Assembly: GCA_038496445.1 (NCBI GenBank)
Contig: JALMLS010000491.1
Location: forward strand, 1-64,000
From: Trichosphaerium sp. ATCC 40318
Taxonomy: Eukaryota > Protista > Tubulinea
Length of the DNA: 64,000 bases
Direction: 5' to 3'
The notes under the pieces were generated by a model. That model was given only the letters and a program-made list of their open reading frames with translations. It had not been told where the DNA came from and did not search any database. Positions 12,837-26,475 of this stretch are shown here, piece by piece; position 1 is the first letter of the stretch; every line of letters starts with the position of its first letter. The position numbers were made by a program, and so were the translations under genes.

Positions 12837-13305
12837 TTGCGAGTATTGATCAACTCCCAAGCAGTTTACCGCTAGATACTTTTCGAATTTTTGAAAATAA
12901 AAAACACTTCAAATTTCTGGTTTCCAAAGTTGGCGGGAGAATTATTCTTAAACCTACTGCAAGGTAGCACTTTTTGTAACATTGTTCATCACTCGGTTTT
13001 CAAAAAATGTACGTTGGTAGCTCATTTTTTTCAAACCCATTGCACAATTTCTATGGAACTCGTGCACATACAACGCCACGCTGGCGCGTAATTCTCGGGA
13101 CAACCAAACTTTCTAGAAAGGAAAAAAAACCTGGAGTTGCACAATTTCACACCTTACGCAGCTACACCAGTCTTTATGACTTTTACGGTTTAAAACACCC
13201 GCTTCGGGGTTGATTTTTTTGCTATGCTTAGTTCAGAGTTATCCTGAACAACGGGACTGGCCCAAGTGTGAAACAGTGAAGAAAAAAAGGTGTTTTTTTG
13301 TTGTT

Positions 13306-14832
13306 TTATTTTTTAGGCATAGTGACTTTGTCTACGTTTGCAGTTGTTTGTATGAGTCCGTATAGGGTCAAAGATGAATCCATGAGAGAAGGACCAGACA
13401 ATCCAGCTACAGATAAGTCTAAATATTCCTTCAACTGCTGTTTTTTATCCTCCTCTTTTGTAAAATTTGGCCATAGTTGACGTTCAATCAACATACGTTC
13501 TAATGATTCTTGCTCTAATGGATTACTTGATGCGTTTGGTTTATTGAGAGTATGATGGCAAGCCTGAAATCACATTATTAATGCGGTATGAACAAGTGCA
13601 GTTGCAAAAAAAAAAGAAAAAAAACCAAAAAAGGAAAAAAAGCAGAATTAGCCAGTTGAGATGGTAGTTACCTGATCAATATCACGTAATTCGGTATGCC
13701 CTCTTTTAAGAAACTTTACCATAAGATCTTTCGCAGGAATTGGTTGTGCTTGTCTATTTGAGTTAGTTAGAAACACGAAAAAAGACGAATGCAAAAACCC
13801 GAAAACGGAGCTTCCTTTAGGTTTGTAAGTACGTACCTCATAGACATGGAGATGGCAAACAATTGTGAGAGTGACAAATCTGTAAGAGATATTGCGTTTA
13901 GAGCGTCTGCACAATCCAGGATTTCCTGTTGTGTTGCAGGCTGCTTGTTTTCAGCCTAATTGTCGATATGTTAAACAAACCTTGAACTTGGGAAGGGGTT
14001 ATTATGCATACATTTGTGATTATAGCGTCCAATTTATCTCCTACTTCTTGGCTTATTTTATTATCGGATATGTTCTTTTTATTGATATCACGTAATGTCT
14101 GAGGGAATGTTTTGATAAGCTCCTTCTTCCTTAAAGCGTCCCTGAGAACAAGCTTTTTGAAGAATTTTGCATCCCAAAGAACAGTCGGTAACATTTCAGG
14201 GAATACAAGCCAAAAAAGAGGCGTGACATAACCAACAATAGGAACACAAAAAATCAAGATAGGTGTACAGTACTAAGATAAAACAAAATAAGCAAAAACC
14301 AAAAAGACATCAGTGAGAGAAGAATTAAGGCAAAAAAAAAAAAAAAAAGTTGCAAAGTTTTTTTTTGGTCACGTGACATACCAACACATTCAATCTTGAT
14401 GTCCTGATGAGCTCAAGAGCATTTAGTGTGAGTACTTCACCTAAACAAACATATAAGTTTTAAATTTCTAGAGCAATTCACGTGAGAAGTGATGGTCGAT
14501 GAGTTTACCTAAACGTCTTTTTTGGTGAAGTTCATTTGACAAAATGGCGTCTTTGTAAATTTGTTTAACACCTCTTACAATGTTCATTGTACTCTGTTTA
14601 GCGTTCTCAATAAAGCCAGCAATACCAGAAGCGTTCTTTGCCTGAACTCGCTCGGATTTCAGTCTCATTTGGGAAACTGGCATTATACTACGCTTAGCGA
14701 CGACTGTATATGTTGAGTTGCGTATTACTGCTTTAGATGATGCATAGCGAGTTGTTGAACGAAATCCTGTATTAATTACTCGATTAGATAGTTTACGCTT
14801 AGGTTAAGAGCTTTAGTACCTTTTACTAACAT
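13306..14832 (-). CDS. LETM1/LETMD1-like mitochondrial inner membrane protein (start approximate)
   Basis: GVKQIYKD, Pro-rich TM segment VPIVGYVTPLFWLVFPEMLPT, and LRDIDQ...ACH. Confidence 0.7.
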
Positions 14833-15013
14833 TTCGCGATTGTTCAGGTTTATCTCCGGTACAAGTCTTGTTTTCTTAGTATAGTGTTACGCAGTAGTGA
14901 CTTTCGGCGTAAACAAGTGAATAATGTCGCTATTCCCATAAGCGAGAAACAAAAAAAGGCTTAAGCACAAAAACAGCTACCTATCGATGTACACTACAGA
15001 GTAGGCGTAGAGA

Positions 15014-17212
15014 ATGCGGTCGCGTCGTTTGTTTACAAAAAGACAAAGGAGTACGTTAATATTATTACAGAAACTCACAAAGCGTTAATAATGCTCAATA
15101 TATACTTACAAGCATATGTAGCACATGAATTAGAAATTATAGCAGCAAAGCTCTCTGTGAACGTTCTAAACGATTGGTACAACGTCACTCATGCGGATTT
15201 AATACTTGCAGGTGGCAGACAACTCCTCAAGAGGTAAACGAGCAACAAAAAAGATGATTTGATCGAGAAATGTCACTGAGCACTTGTCAAACTGTTCTAC
15301 ACTCTCTCTTGCGATACCTAATACAACGTACCAATTTAAACAATCTTAGGCATAGTAACTCGTTACCACGTGCGCTGGCAACACTCTATCCTCATTTCCT
15401 TTGGACACCATGGAAGTTTAGGCAAGTGAATGTTCATTGTTTTGTTTACTGTTGATGCATTCTTCTGCGTGTTGATTAACTATTACTATGTTTAGAGCTG
15501 CGCCTATGGGATATTGGAATGCTATTGATAACCAAAGAGAAAGGTTTGATGGGATAGGAAAACGTCTTAATGTCAAAGTTATGGATGATTGGTATACTCA
15601 CGGAAAGAGCGAAATTCTTTCCTCTGATGGAGGTGCTGGTGTATTCAACAAGTACCTATTTATCTCGTTATCATATACATGAGTTTAATAACAAGTGTTA
15701 TAGGTATAAGAACTCATTATCAAAGACTTTAAGGAAGATATATCCGGATTACAGGTGGGAAAGTGTCAGATTCAAGTTCGTTTATGAATTGATTTTTTTT
15801 TTCTATTAAATGTTTGTCTAGGACTAAGCCAAGGCATTTTTGGACTATACATGCCAATCAACGACAACTTTTTCATGATGCAGGTATATCACTTGGTGTA
15901 AAAACAATCGATGATTGGTATAAAGTAACAACAGAACAAGTCCTCAAAATTGGGGGAGCTGGCTTGTTTCAAAGGTACAAAACTTAATTCTGGACTCTCC
16001 TTCTCCTTCTAATCCCCTGTTAAAACAGGCATCAAAAGTCTATATCACAAGTTCTACGTGTGGTATACCCCGAGTACGCTTGGGACAACTCTCTATTCAG
16101 GTTAGTCTTATGGCTTTTTTTTTGGATTACTGACAAAATGTCTTTATTTTTAGAAAAGCTCCTGGTGGGCATTGGACTCGTATGAAGAATATCGTGCCTT
16201 TCTTGAAATGTAAGAAACTTTTGAGATTTTTTATTTGCTTTGTTATAGTCTCTCTTATGGTATTTGTAGCTGTAGAAAAGGTTCTGAACGTTGCTAATCC
16301 ATCAGACTGGTACGATCAAAAAAAACCTTTTCCCAAATAGGAAAAAATTGGCTAAAACTCTTGGGTTGAAGGTATCGTGTTTCAAGGCCTCAAATAGCAA
16401 AATTCAAAGGAGGAGGAGTCCTATCGAAATTCCCGTTCATTTTGACAGAGCTGTACCCAGAAATGAACTGGTCTTGGTCAAGATTCGGTCTCAAAACAGG
16501 TCCAAAACGATCGATACAAAGGTACAATAAGTTCTCCACTTTCCTTTTATTGGTTTTAAGCCTTATCCTTCTAGGTGGTTATTAGAGTGTATTAAAGAGA
16601 TATGGGGTGATAGAGAAGTACAAGAAGAGCATTGTGTTGGATTTAAATCATCAGGTGAAAAGGTTATTGTTGATATATTTATACCAAAGTATAACTTGGC
16701 TATTGAGTATCAAGGTGAGTTAAAAAAAATGCTTCAAGCACCTCCTTTCTATTCATTTATTGGTTACTCTATAGGCGAGCATCATTATTACGATATAAAA
16801 CCGTATTCTAACCCTACACATGTGTTTAAAGCACGTGATGCAGAGAAAACTCATTTCTGTTCTGACATTGGTACTAACGAAGCGCTCCCTTCATTTCTTT
16901 GAAATACGACATCTCCTAACGTTTTAATTTAGGTGTTGATTTAGTTCCTATTCCGTATTGGTGGAAGGTGCACCATTTTGTATTTAAACATCTCTTATTT
17001 TGTTGTACATTAGGGAGACGTAGCTTCTTTGAGAGCAACATTAGCATACTATGCCCCCAATATTGGCATCAATTTTGATCCTAACATAGAACCTCTTGTT
17101 GGTCTAGTACCGCAAGGCAGGTGTTTTGGAGGTACTTCGCCTTTGTTTTTTGCTTGTGACCTTTCTTTTAGCCAAATCAATAATGAGTCCAGCTGGTGTC
17201 CTTGTCACCTGA
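15014..17212 (+). CDS. Tandem ~75-aa repeat protein with C-terminal PD-(D/E)xK (RAP/DUF559-like) domain
   Basis: Four repeats (W..DWY..GG..YP..W..F) followed by VDIFIPKYNLAIEYQGEHHY...RDAEK...PIPYWW. Confidence 0.8.
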
Positions 17213-20200
17213 TGCATGTGCGTGATAATGTGTTATCCATATGTGCAATACCAGGCAATAATCCATGTACGGAGACCCACAAGTGGTTAAAGAAGGAAGA
17301 AAAAACAGTTTACTAAACGATAGCTGCAAAAAACAAAACCTCGATTTAAATGACAGTTGTCGGAGTGTCGTATAAGGTTCCACCTCACTCCAACAGGAAT
17401 ATGTTGGCGTAGTGGCTATAAGATCCGACAGGAATGGATGTTGACACTCCCAAAGGCATAGCCAAGGGCTTGTTGCTCAATTTTATTGACATGGATTTAT
17501 TATGTGAATCACAGCAGTGAGCAAATTGTTGTGGTGTTGATGAATAAAGAAATAGAAAGTATTTGCTTTCTAAGATATTTGCTTCAATTCTTTTTTCACT
17601 TGGAACCCAAAGAAGCATCTTAATAAAACAAACAAGTCTGTAAAACTTGACAATTTTTAGTTTTGTGATTTCTACTTAATGTCACCTTTGATTGAAATCC
17701 AAAAGTAGCACACGAAAAAAAATTCGCGTAGAATAAACTGGTTGTGCAGATTGGCGGTGTTGTTTTCAAAAAAAGCTTCATTTTTGTCAGTTCGAACCAG
17801 AAAAAATTGAGACGAAAGTCTAACAAATTCGGTCTTGGATTTTCACAATCACAAGTCAAATGGAGTAAATTAGCCTTTCGTATTCGAGACAAGTAACAAA
17901 CGCCGGTTTTGGTTAACAACAACTTAAATAATTGTTGCTGTTGTACGTTAAATAGTATTTCAGTTACGCAATTGTATTTTAGCCCGATAGTAGATACATT
18001 CTTTAAAAACCAGCGAAATTCGGTTTCTTTGGTTTAAACGCTTAATCTAAACGTATTTTAACAAGGCCATACCTAACAGTAGACGGATAATGGTAAGTGT
18101 AAAGAAAAAGTTGTCCTTTGGTTGGTAGCGCTAGGCTGCAACGAAACGCACAAAATCCGTTTATTTTTGCCCGTTTAACTTCGTTGACTAATTGTACATA
18201 CAAGCTGAGTACTTGGACGTTATTGAAAAGTTTTGGCCAGATAATACTCGCAAATATGTAAGGATGGATTGTTTCATGGTACAGGGACATATTATCTCTG
18301 TGCGCTGAATAGCTAAAAGGGGATTTCTGACGCTCCGAATAGTGTCAACCAACTTACAACATACTGTAGAACCACCAACTGTAAGTACAGCTCATAATAT
18401 AGAGAATTAAAAAAACGGTTTGTGGTTTGCACGTGTTCCATATTTTATCAGTTCTAAGTCTGTCAAACGGGAATTTTTTGCTATGGTTTGGGTCTAAGCA
18501 GCTCTGAAACACTATTAAACAAACATACAGAAGTGAAAACGCTAAATAAGGTAAACTGCCTACCTGTTGAATTATAATTCTGCGGAATAGTACGCCAAAC
18601 ACGCTTATGCGTAAACTAGGTAACACATCTACTTCAAGCTTTCCAACAAGCACCAGAACATAAATTTGTAGCAGATGCTATTAAACGGGTTCTTGTTAGA
18701 TTGAATGGTCATATATGCGATTAAGATGCTGTATACCGGGGTTTGCAGTCTTTAAACTGTGTTGTCTATTTTTGACGCCTGGTATTAGCACCTCTTTGTT
18801 TTCAAGTTTCTGGTACATTCGTATTCTGTGAACAATGTGACTTGCCATCCAGACACATCACCTGGCACAACACTTGACATTTTCAAATGTTGTAGCTGTT
18901 CTTTGACATGTAGAATGTCAAGTAAGTATTAATCTAGAGCTAGCATTAGTATTTACCCAGTGTAAACAACATAACACCATCTCGTTATCAAATTAAATCT
19001 CACTCACTCTTCTTTCTAGTGACTACAAAGGCCGAGTGGAATTTGAAAAGGGCATCAAGCAACCCAAGAGGTGTTTGAGAATGCTTTGAATAGGCACAGA
19101 CAGGTTTCAGCCGAAATAGAGGAAGTAGAAGGTAAATAACAACAAAGGTAAAAAAGTTTTTGTTTATTTTTGGGTCTTTTTTAAATATCGTCATATTGCA
19201 GTGCTCTAACATGGTATTGTATTGACTTTGAGGACCCTTGTACCAAAACTATCGTTATATGTGAAAAGGAGAGCTTGACAGTGTCTAAGAGAGGTGCCAT
19301 CTAGTTGTCAATCTATTTTGTTTTCGTTTAGTATCAATCACATGAATCTAGTGCTCATTTTCGTCCCTGTAGAGACTACAAACACCAAACACTAACAATT
19401 TTCTGAACAGGCAAACAACCTAAGCACAAGCGTATTAGAAGAACCGGCACTTTGAGCTTCTCAGAGGTAGCAGTAGTAGTAAATCAACTTCCCACAACCC
19501 ACAAGACACAGCCTTATGACTAAGAAAAAGGCAAGAAAGAGGTGGAGGAGAAGAAAATGATGTAGTGGTAGACGAGGGCATATTCCTACGGGCAGTTATT
19601 AACCCCAACCCTATATCCATCTACTAGCACACCCACTTATTTTTAGGTTTTTTGCTTATTTCGTGCTAGTGTTACAGTTACCCTGTATTATCCCCACCCC
19701 TATCTCTCTTGCTCAACCTTGTTGTTATGTACTAATGTTTGTTGTCCTCCAGTACACAAACTCAGAACAATCGTTTATCAGCAAGGAAAGGGCATCTACA
19801 AGTACATGTTAACCAACCGTAATGTCAATCTCAGATGGACAATTATAAGCCCCAACTCTAACATGTTGAAATAGAACAGATTGCAACTGGTAGTGGCGAT
19901 ATGTTATGATACCTTTGACATGCTACACTATTTGAGTGCAATCTGAAGTGGAAAACAAGTTAACTCTGTCTGGTACTTTAAGGAGCACATACGCATGTAT
20001 GCTTTGCACTAAATAATTAATTGGGTTTTAACTACTTGTATTTGACACTTAGTTTTAGGTGTAACAGACTAACGAGATACTAAAGTTGATGTGTCTAGTT
20101 CTACTTCTCTACTTCCAAACAAATATGGCCAAGTCTGTGCTTTGGCAGCCCAAATCCAATAGTAGTAAATAAGGCACGTGCTTGCTATTCATGACTCCCT

Positions 20201-21633
20201 TTAGAACCAACAATAATACTACAGCATTACTTTTCTATTCCTGGAATTATCTCATTTTGGATTATAAATGCAACTCGTATGGAAGCACAGCATATACCAC
20301 ATCGTTTTACAATATGCAAGTGTACATTGTTTTATTTTACCTTTTTTAAGCAACCACAGAGGCACCTTACAATTGAGGCTTAACTCAAAGCAAAGCTTCC
20401 AAACCCAAACGGCAATACCCCAAAAAGTTAATATTACCATATGCGTACTATTTCACCGAATTCGCTTTATATATTGCGAACATAACGTAAAACAGCCTTT
20501 GGCATCAACGTACTGTGTTGGAGTAATCAAATGAAGTCACTTAAAATATACACAGAAAAAAGAATTAATAGTTTAGTACCATGTTTCGCGAACCAAAACA
20601 TCATCGATAGCGTTAACACGTTCGTACGCATGAAAATATGTAGTACAAGGGCTTTTTGAGAGTTTTGAAATGTGCATTATCCATATTTGGAGTATTAGAC
20701 TGGATATTTCAGTGAATTAGACGAAACTATCCTCGAATACCTTTGATCAACGTAAAACGAAGATACAAAACGCTCATAAACACCAATGCAACACAATGGA
20801 GCGAAGGAAATTGCGTTTTATCAACATTTCTCAATACCACTTTTTATTTTTATCCACAAATGAATGGTACATAAGTATTTAAATTTTCCTTGTATATCGG
20901 CGAAGGAATCGACAACTGTGAACGTGTGAGCAGTATCCAAGGCATCCGGTTTGTGCAAGAACCATGGCTTGTGGGTACAGTAGGCTTCCATCCTATCGGG
21001 CTCTTGAGCACGACAACCCCGGTACGGCCAGTATTGTTCCATTCCAGCACCGTTCTTTAACCCTGGACGCTGAGGGCTCCCACATTGCACCCGGGAGCCG
21101 TCTTAAACCGACAAGATTGTCTTTTTGCTAGTACAGGTAAAGTACCAACGAAAAATACAACCATAACATCGCTAATTATGCCCAAAGTATTCAAAATAAA
21201 GATTATTGTGAATTTATGTTAAATATCGATTAGTATTGTTATTTGGACAGAATTATACCATTGTGCGCTTATGTATTTGAAGCCTGAGATGATAGCGTTG
21301 AAACTTTGTACGGGGTACACATCCAATTTTACCAAAGCTATTTACAGTGGCACTATCAAAAGGCAACGTTCAGCACGTAGAGGTAGCCCGCTTAGTTGGG
21401 ACCACCTCTATCAACACCTTTTAAAGTAAAGGGATAACTGCTTCAATTATAACTTCCGCTTACCAAGAACCATTTACAAAACGAGAACAGTGGTTTCTTA
21501 GTACGAATCTTGTTCAAACTGTATGCCTAACCAGGTGTTATGGTCTTTCTATTAATACCTTCGGGCTCGTAAAACGTAATTTGTAAACAGTTTGAAAATA
21601 AACAATTTATTTATTAATGTAATATTACACATC

Positions 21634-22014
21634 TTAGGCTTTGTTGCTTGGTGTTCTAGCGTATATTATTTCCAGCATTGCCATCATGTGCTCATCATGC
21701 GCTTGTCCACACTCAAGCAGACTTGTCAATGTAACTATAGCTGTTGAAAGCACCTCCCGAAACTTCGCTTCATTTTCTGCTAGTACTCAATTTTCCTTTT
21801 CTGTGCGTTTAGTGTCCATTCTGCGATTGAAGGAGGACTCAGGTTGGCGTTTACATTTTTTAACTCCAGCCACAGTTGGTGGTTGATAACCTGGTGTAGG
21901 AGTGCTTTACTGCGTTGGCTTTGCACCTATTGGCCTTTGACTAAGGTAGGTGTAAGGATCAACTGTTATTGGCTGAAATAAACTCTGGCTGTTTGTTGGT
22001 TGTTGAGAGGACAT
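21634..22014 (-). pseudogene. Intronless 127-codon frame with two internal stops
   Basis: MSSQQPTNSQSLFQP...PTQ*STP...EKEN*VLAENEAKFREVL...SNKA*; a single frame with no indels. Confidence 0.5.
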
Positions 22015-22147
22015 GTTAACGTTGTTTGATGTAATGAAATTTCGCTCAAAGGAACACTATTTCAATCAAATTTCTTTTAGCGTTGTTTTGCTAAAAAAAC
22101 TACAATTATGGCAACTGATGATACTGTAGCATTAATTCTACTTGATA

Positions 22148-22388
22148 GATTCACTGTCGACCAAGCTTTCAACAGTACAAAAGAAGTTGCGCCTGCGAAT
22201 GATTTCCCAGATATACGTGTAATGACAGTAGGACAATCTACATACTCTAAAAAGTTGATCATCCATGGATTCCTGCAAGTAGTCAATCCATTGGCGTTGG
22301 TAACTGGTCTTCATTTAGTGCTGTGTGTTGGTTCTTTGGAAGAGACTTATACAATCACCTTGATGGTAAAGTGCCTATTGGACTTGTA
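22148..22388 (+). pseudogene. Sialate O-acetylesterase (SIAE/SASA) exon fragment, frameshifted
   Basis: FTVDQAFNSTKEV..NDFPDIRVMTVG, then in another frame PWIPASS...[13 protein letters not shown]...VPIGL. Confidence 0.75.
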
Positions 22389-22455
22389 CGTGAATACAGA
22401 ATGATACGAAAACACGTTTCGTTTTTGCTTCTTGTTTTTCTTATTATTTTCTTAG

Positions 22456-23024
22456 ATTCTTCCACGTTACCTTGTGTACTACAAGGCAATAGACAGTACT
22501 AATATCAAAGCATATGAACTTAAGTACAGGGACGCAAAGTGTCTTATATTATGTGTTGATGATAACCTATCATTTGAAAACAAGAAAATAATGGAAATGC
22601 TACGACAAAGACAAAAGAATACAGAGGCACCAAAACAAAACAAAGAAAAACTACTATTAAAAACAAATGTTAATGGAGTTTCAAGGTATTGGTAATGAAG
22701 TCATCATCAGAGGTATTGGCATGGATTGACAAGTTCAAAGGATTCTGTAACAACAGGTTACATATCATCACCAACAGCTATCGCAAAGGTGATGGAGATG
22801 AGCAGGCAGCAGAAAAGTTAACTCTCAAAAGTGTAAGAAAAATTAAGGCATGTGTCAAAACACCTGTTCTTGTTTTTTGTGGTATGTACTATTCTTTAAC
22901 CAGACGTATCGCATGTATTCTAATGAAAGAAAATATAGGAGACACGTCAAAGGTGAAATACATCAAGAAAAAGTACAAGAAGGTTAAAATAACAAATAAA
23001 GCCCAAGATGTATTGGACATTTGA
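22456..23024 (+). pseudogene. Fragment: PARP/ART-like C-terminal motif followed by a receiver-like domain, frameshifted
   Basis: [16 protein letters not shown]...N, IITNSYRKGDG..AAEKL and TPVLVFCG; frame break near 22685. Confidence 0.5.
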
Positions 23025-23469
23025 AGAATACCATAAACATCCTGAGCTTGTTATTGCTTGTGTCTAACGTAGTTCTATTCATCCACCTTCAATGCATCCA
23101 ATGACTTCTACCACTAGTGGATTAGAGGCGCTTTAAGACCAGTACTTCTAACTGAATGATCTGAACAAATTTGTCCAGAAAATTCTAATTTTATAGAAAA
23201 GGTTGTTCTTTGTAAATCAAAACGTTTTACTTGTTTTGGTTCCTTTCCTGTACTTTGTTTCAGTGTACTAAAACCAAAAACCAACGTCACTATAGCACCA
23301 TGCTAGAAGTGAATAAAGGACATTCAACGTATAGAAACCATTATCAACATACACCTTCTTGTTTTCATTTTGGGATTGCACGTGCACCAGTGCTTAGGAT
23401 TCTGTAAGTTATGCATTCATTGAATTTTGAACCGAAAGCCACTACGCTTATGTATTTAGCCTGTAAGCA

Positions 23470-24092
23470 ATGTATCTGACGACACGCAAAGCAAAGAAAA
23501 CTGATATACCCATAATACATCAAATAATACGCTCAGCGTACGCACCAGTTGAAAGAATACTCGGAAGACCACCAAGCGCGTTACAATTAACGAAACAACA
23601 TCTTTCATCTCAAATATCACGAAAACAGCTTTACACCATTGTCTACGCCAAAAAAGGTGGAAAGGAGGTAATCTGCGGTTGTTTTAGAGTATGTTACAAT
23701 AAACGTTACTCTTTGTATGAAATACGTCAAGTACGTCATAACAGTAAGCGCTGTGAGCTCCTGTAGACGATTTTTTGCGAGTTCAGTTGAATTGGATTGA
23801 CTAACATATTTTTTTCAGGTTGCAGTTGATCCCAAGTTTCAAGGTAAGGGTATTGGCAAGATGGCTCTTAATACAGCAGAGTCAATTGTGATAAAAAAAG
23901 GAGAGAGAAAGGTGATGTTAAGTACATACCAAGAAAACACGTGGGTTGTAAATTTTTATAGGTACCCAATAACTCCACAACAACAAAAACTGATGTCGGT
24001 ACTACCATCTTAGGAAGCAGGGATACACAATTTTCAGAGAGAGTTCAAGGCTAGGAAATCCGCTGGTTAAGATGGAGAAGGTATTTGTATAG
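23470..24092 (+). CDS. GNAT N-acetyltransferase (3 exons)
   Basis: RKAKKTDIPII, VAVDPKFQGKGIGK (acetyl-CoA motif A) and N...FYRKQGY. Confidence 0.9.
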
Positions 24093-24573
24093 AGAATTTT
24101 GAACTCTTCTATTCTGGGCTTGAAGACTGTAATCTCGAAGCGGAAATACTTTAGCATATTGTACATAGACTGTATCCAATAAATCGACATTATTTACAAG
24201 GAAGCAAGTAGGACCAAAGATGACATAAATCTAAAACGTGCCATTACACGGAACTTTCATGAGATTGACATGCACTTGTGCTACTGAGGGACGAATGAAT
24301 CTTAGATAGTGTACCTAAAGAGTGGAAATTTCATCTTGTGATTTGTAGATACACCAACAAGAAGTGCTTGTAGGTACAAACTCCTTTTTTGCTACACTAC
24401 TATAAGCAGTTAGTAAGTGTCAAGCGTTTACTGATACAGTTGTCAAAGACTTTTACCATGCGCTAAATTTGTATGCACTGAATATTAGCCACACAAAAGT
24501 CAGCATTAAACAACCCGTTTGAAAAAAATACACATTATTTTATTGAGGTAGCAAGTATTCACTAAGACGAATT

Positions 24574-25896
24574 TTATACAACGTTACTAATGAGTGCTCT
24601 TTTTTCGCCAGTGTGTTGGATGCTAACATCTTGTTCGTCGTCTGAAGTATGTTCATCATCTTGTTGTTGGTGATCATGAGAGTGGTGAATGCCATAAAGT
24701 ATAAAAAAAGAAGCACCAATACAATCAACAATCAGTGCAAATAATTTGATTGTTTCAAATGTATGTTCACCTTCCCACATCCCTATCCAATCTAAATGCT
24801 GTACCGCAAACATTTCATATGTCACCAATATACCAAGTGGTATACCAGACCACAATAAATCAAGCAAGAGTATAAACTCAATCCATCCTGAGTACTTGAT
24901 GATAGTTTTAATTGGTTTTCTTAGAATCCTACTAGAAAACAGTTTTGCCACTGTAACAACAACAAGTGATAACCTAGTACAGAAAATAGCTACTTTCCAT
25001 ATAATAACAAACATCAAAAATACAACGTTGGCTTGTATCTATAAATAAAGTTATAAGCGACGAGCCATTTGAACGAAAATGAATCCAAAAAAAAAGAACC
25101 AAAGACGATTTATGTGACTTATTTTTCTACTTTACAGATACGCTGCTCTTTTAAATTGTTGTAAAATCGACAACGGGCAAAGTGAATAATAGCACCATGT
25201 ATTATGATTTTATGACTGTAGACTTAAGTACTTAAAAAGTTGTTGGTTTTTTTTTTTCAAGTTTTTTTTTTCGTGGATTTGTTAAAGAAATGAAAGCACG
25301 TACATAGAGCCATCTGGAAGTCTTTTTTTTCTCTCCTTTTTTAGTTTTAGCTTCATTACAAAATATTAGTGCCAATGCAATAGGTACAAAACTAGCCATA
25401 GCTAGAATTATCCTTATATAGTTAAAATCTTCTTCTTTTCCTTCACCAACTTTAACCTTTGTTATACCAATCACGATTAAAAGTGCTTTAGCCAGTAATC
25501 CAATATCAGCTACTATATCTGCAAGCTAAAACAGTAATTAGTCACAAGCGTTTATGGATAAAGCCAAAAATCCAGAAATTCCAAAAAAGCTAGAAAACTC
25601 AGCTCTTTTGCTCTTTTCGGCTCAAAAATTGAGAAAAAACGTACACCGCACGATTGTACGAATAATACAATAAGTAAGAATAGGAGCTTTACTCTACGCT
25701 CAATTACGCCAAGAATCCATGCAAATGGGATAAGGAGAACCAAAAGAACCAAGGACGCAGAACTAACGCTCAGAAACGGTGCAAAAAGCAACCCATACAG
25801 TATTATTGCGCTTGTAAAGAAAAAAGCACCATTACTGTCTATAACAGCTAGAGTATACTTTTTAAGTCCTGTTGATACACAGGTTTCAATAGCCAT
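24574..25896 (-). CDS. Multi-pass membrane protein of unknown function (about 3 exons)
   Basis: Three hydrophobic ORFs joined by GT-AG introns; several predicted TM segments. Confidence 0.65.
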
Positions 25897-26475
25897 ACGT
25901 GGTCTTCACAAATGCGAGTTTCCAGTTTAAAAAAGTTCAAAACGTTTGCGACTTTTCTTGAATTTTTGCTGTTTCGCTTAAACACCAAGACTACGATTTG
26001 TGATAGCTTCTGCTTTTGTTAAAGGGTGCAAGTATTGTATCCTAATACAGTATTATAGCTGTTACAGACTAGTTGAAGACCCCATTAGCATCGCTTTTGA
26101 TTGGCAAAAATAATTTCACTGAAAAATACTAGATTTGGTACTTTTTTCTTTAGCTATTGCGTATTTATGAGTATAACATAATAGCTACATTACACAACGC
26201 TTCTTCGGTGAGTTAACGCATCTCAAAGATTCCGTTATTCTATATATCGTATTATCAACAATAGAAACAACTTTCTGTGATTTTATGCTATCTAGGCTGT
26301 TGTTTTGAATTGTCCCTTTAAGGCGCAACCTTTCGTGGTCTTAAACCTATGTAAAAGACGGTTTAATGCAGCCTCTATCTTATATATTGGTGTGAGAGTT
26401 GGTGATTGACTTACAATTAATTCCTCACGTGGCGACAGTTTACACCAAATAGTTTTTATTTTCATCGATCACAGC

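Noticed and set aside
17300-20800. Many short ORFs in the gene-poor region
   Set aside because: No coherent spliced model or domain motif; probably intergenic or heavily decayed relics.
21050-21110. U1 or U2 snRNA
   Set aside because: Only the ATTGCAC loop matches; no ATACTTACCTG 5' end, no U2 branch-pairing sequence and no clear Sm site.
21634-22014. Stop-codon reassignment or readthrough
   Set aside because: Conserved genes in the window use TAA, TAG and TGA as terminators and have no internal stops.
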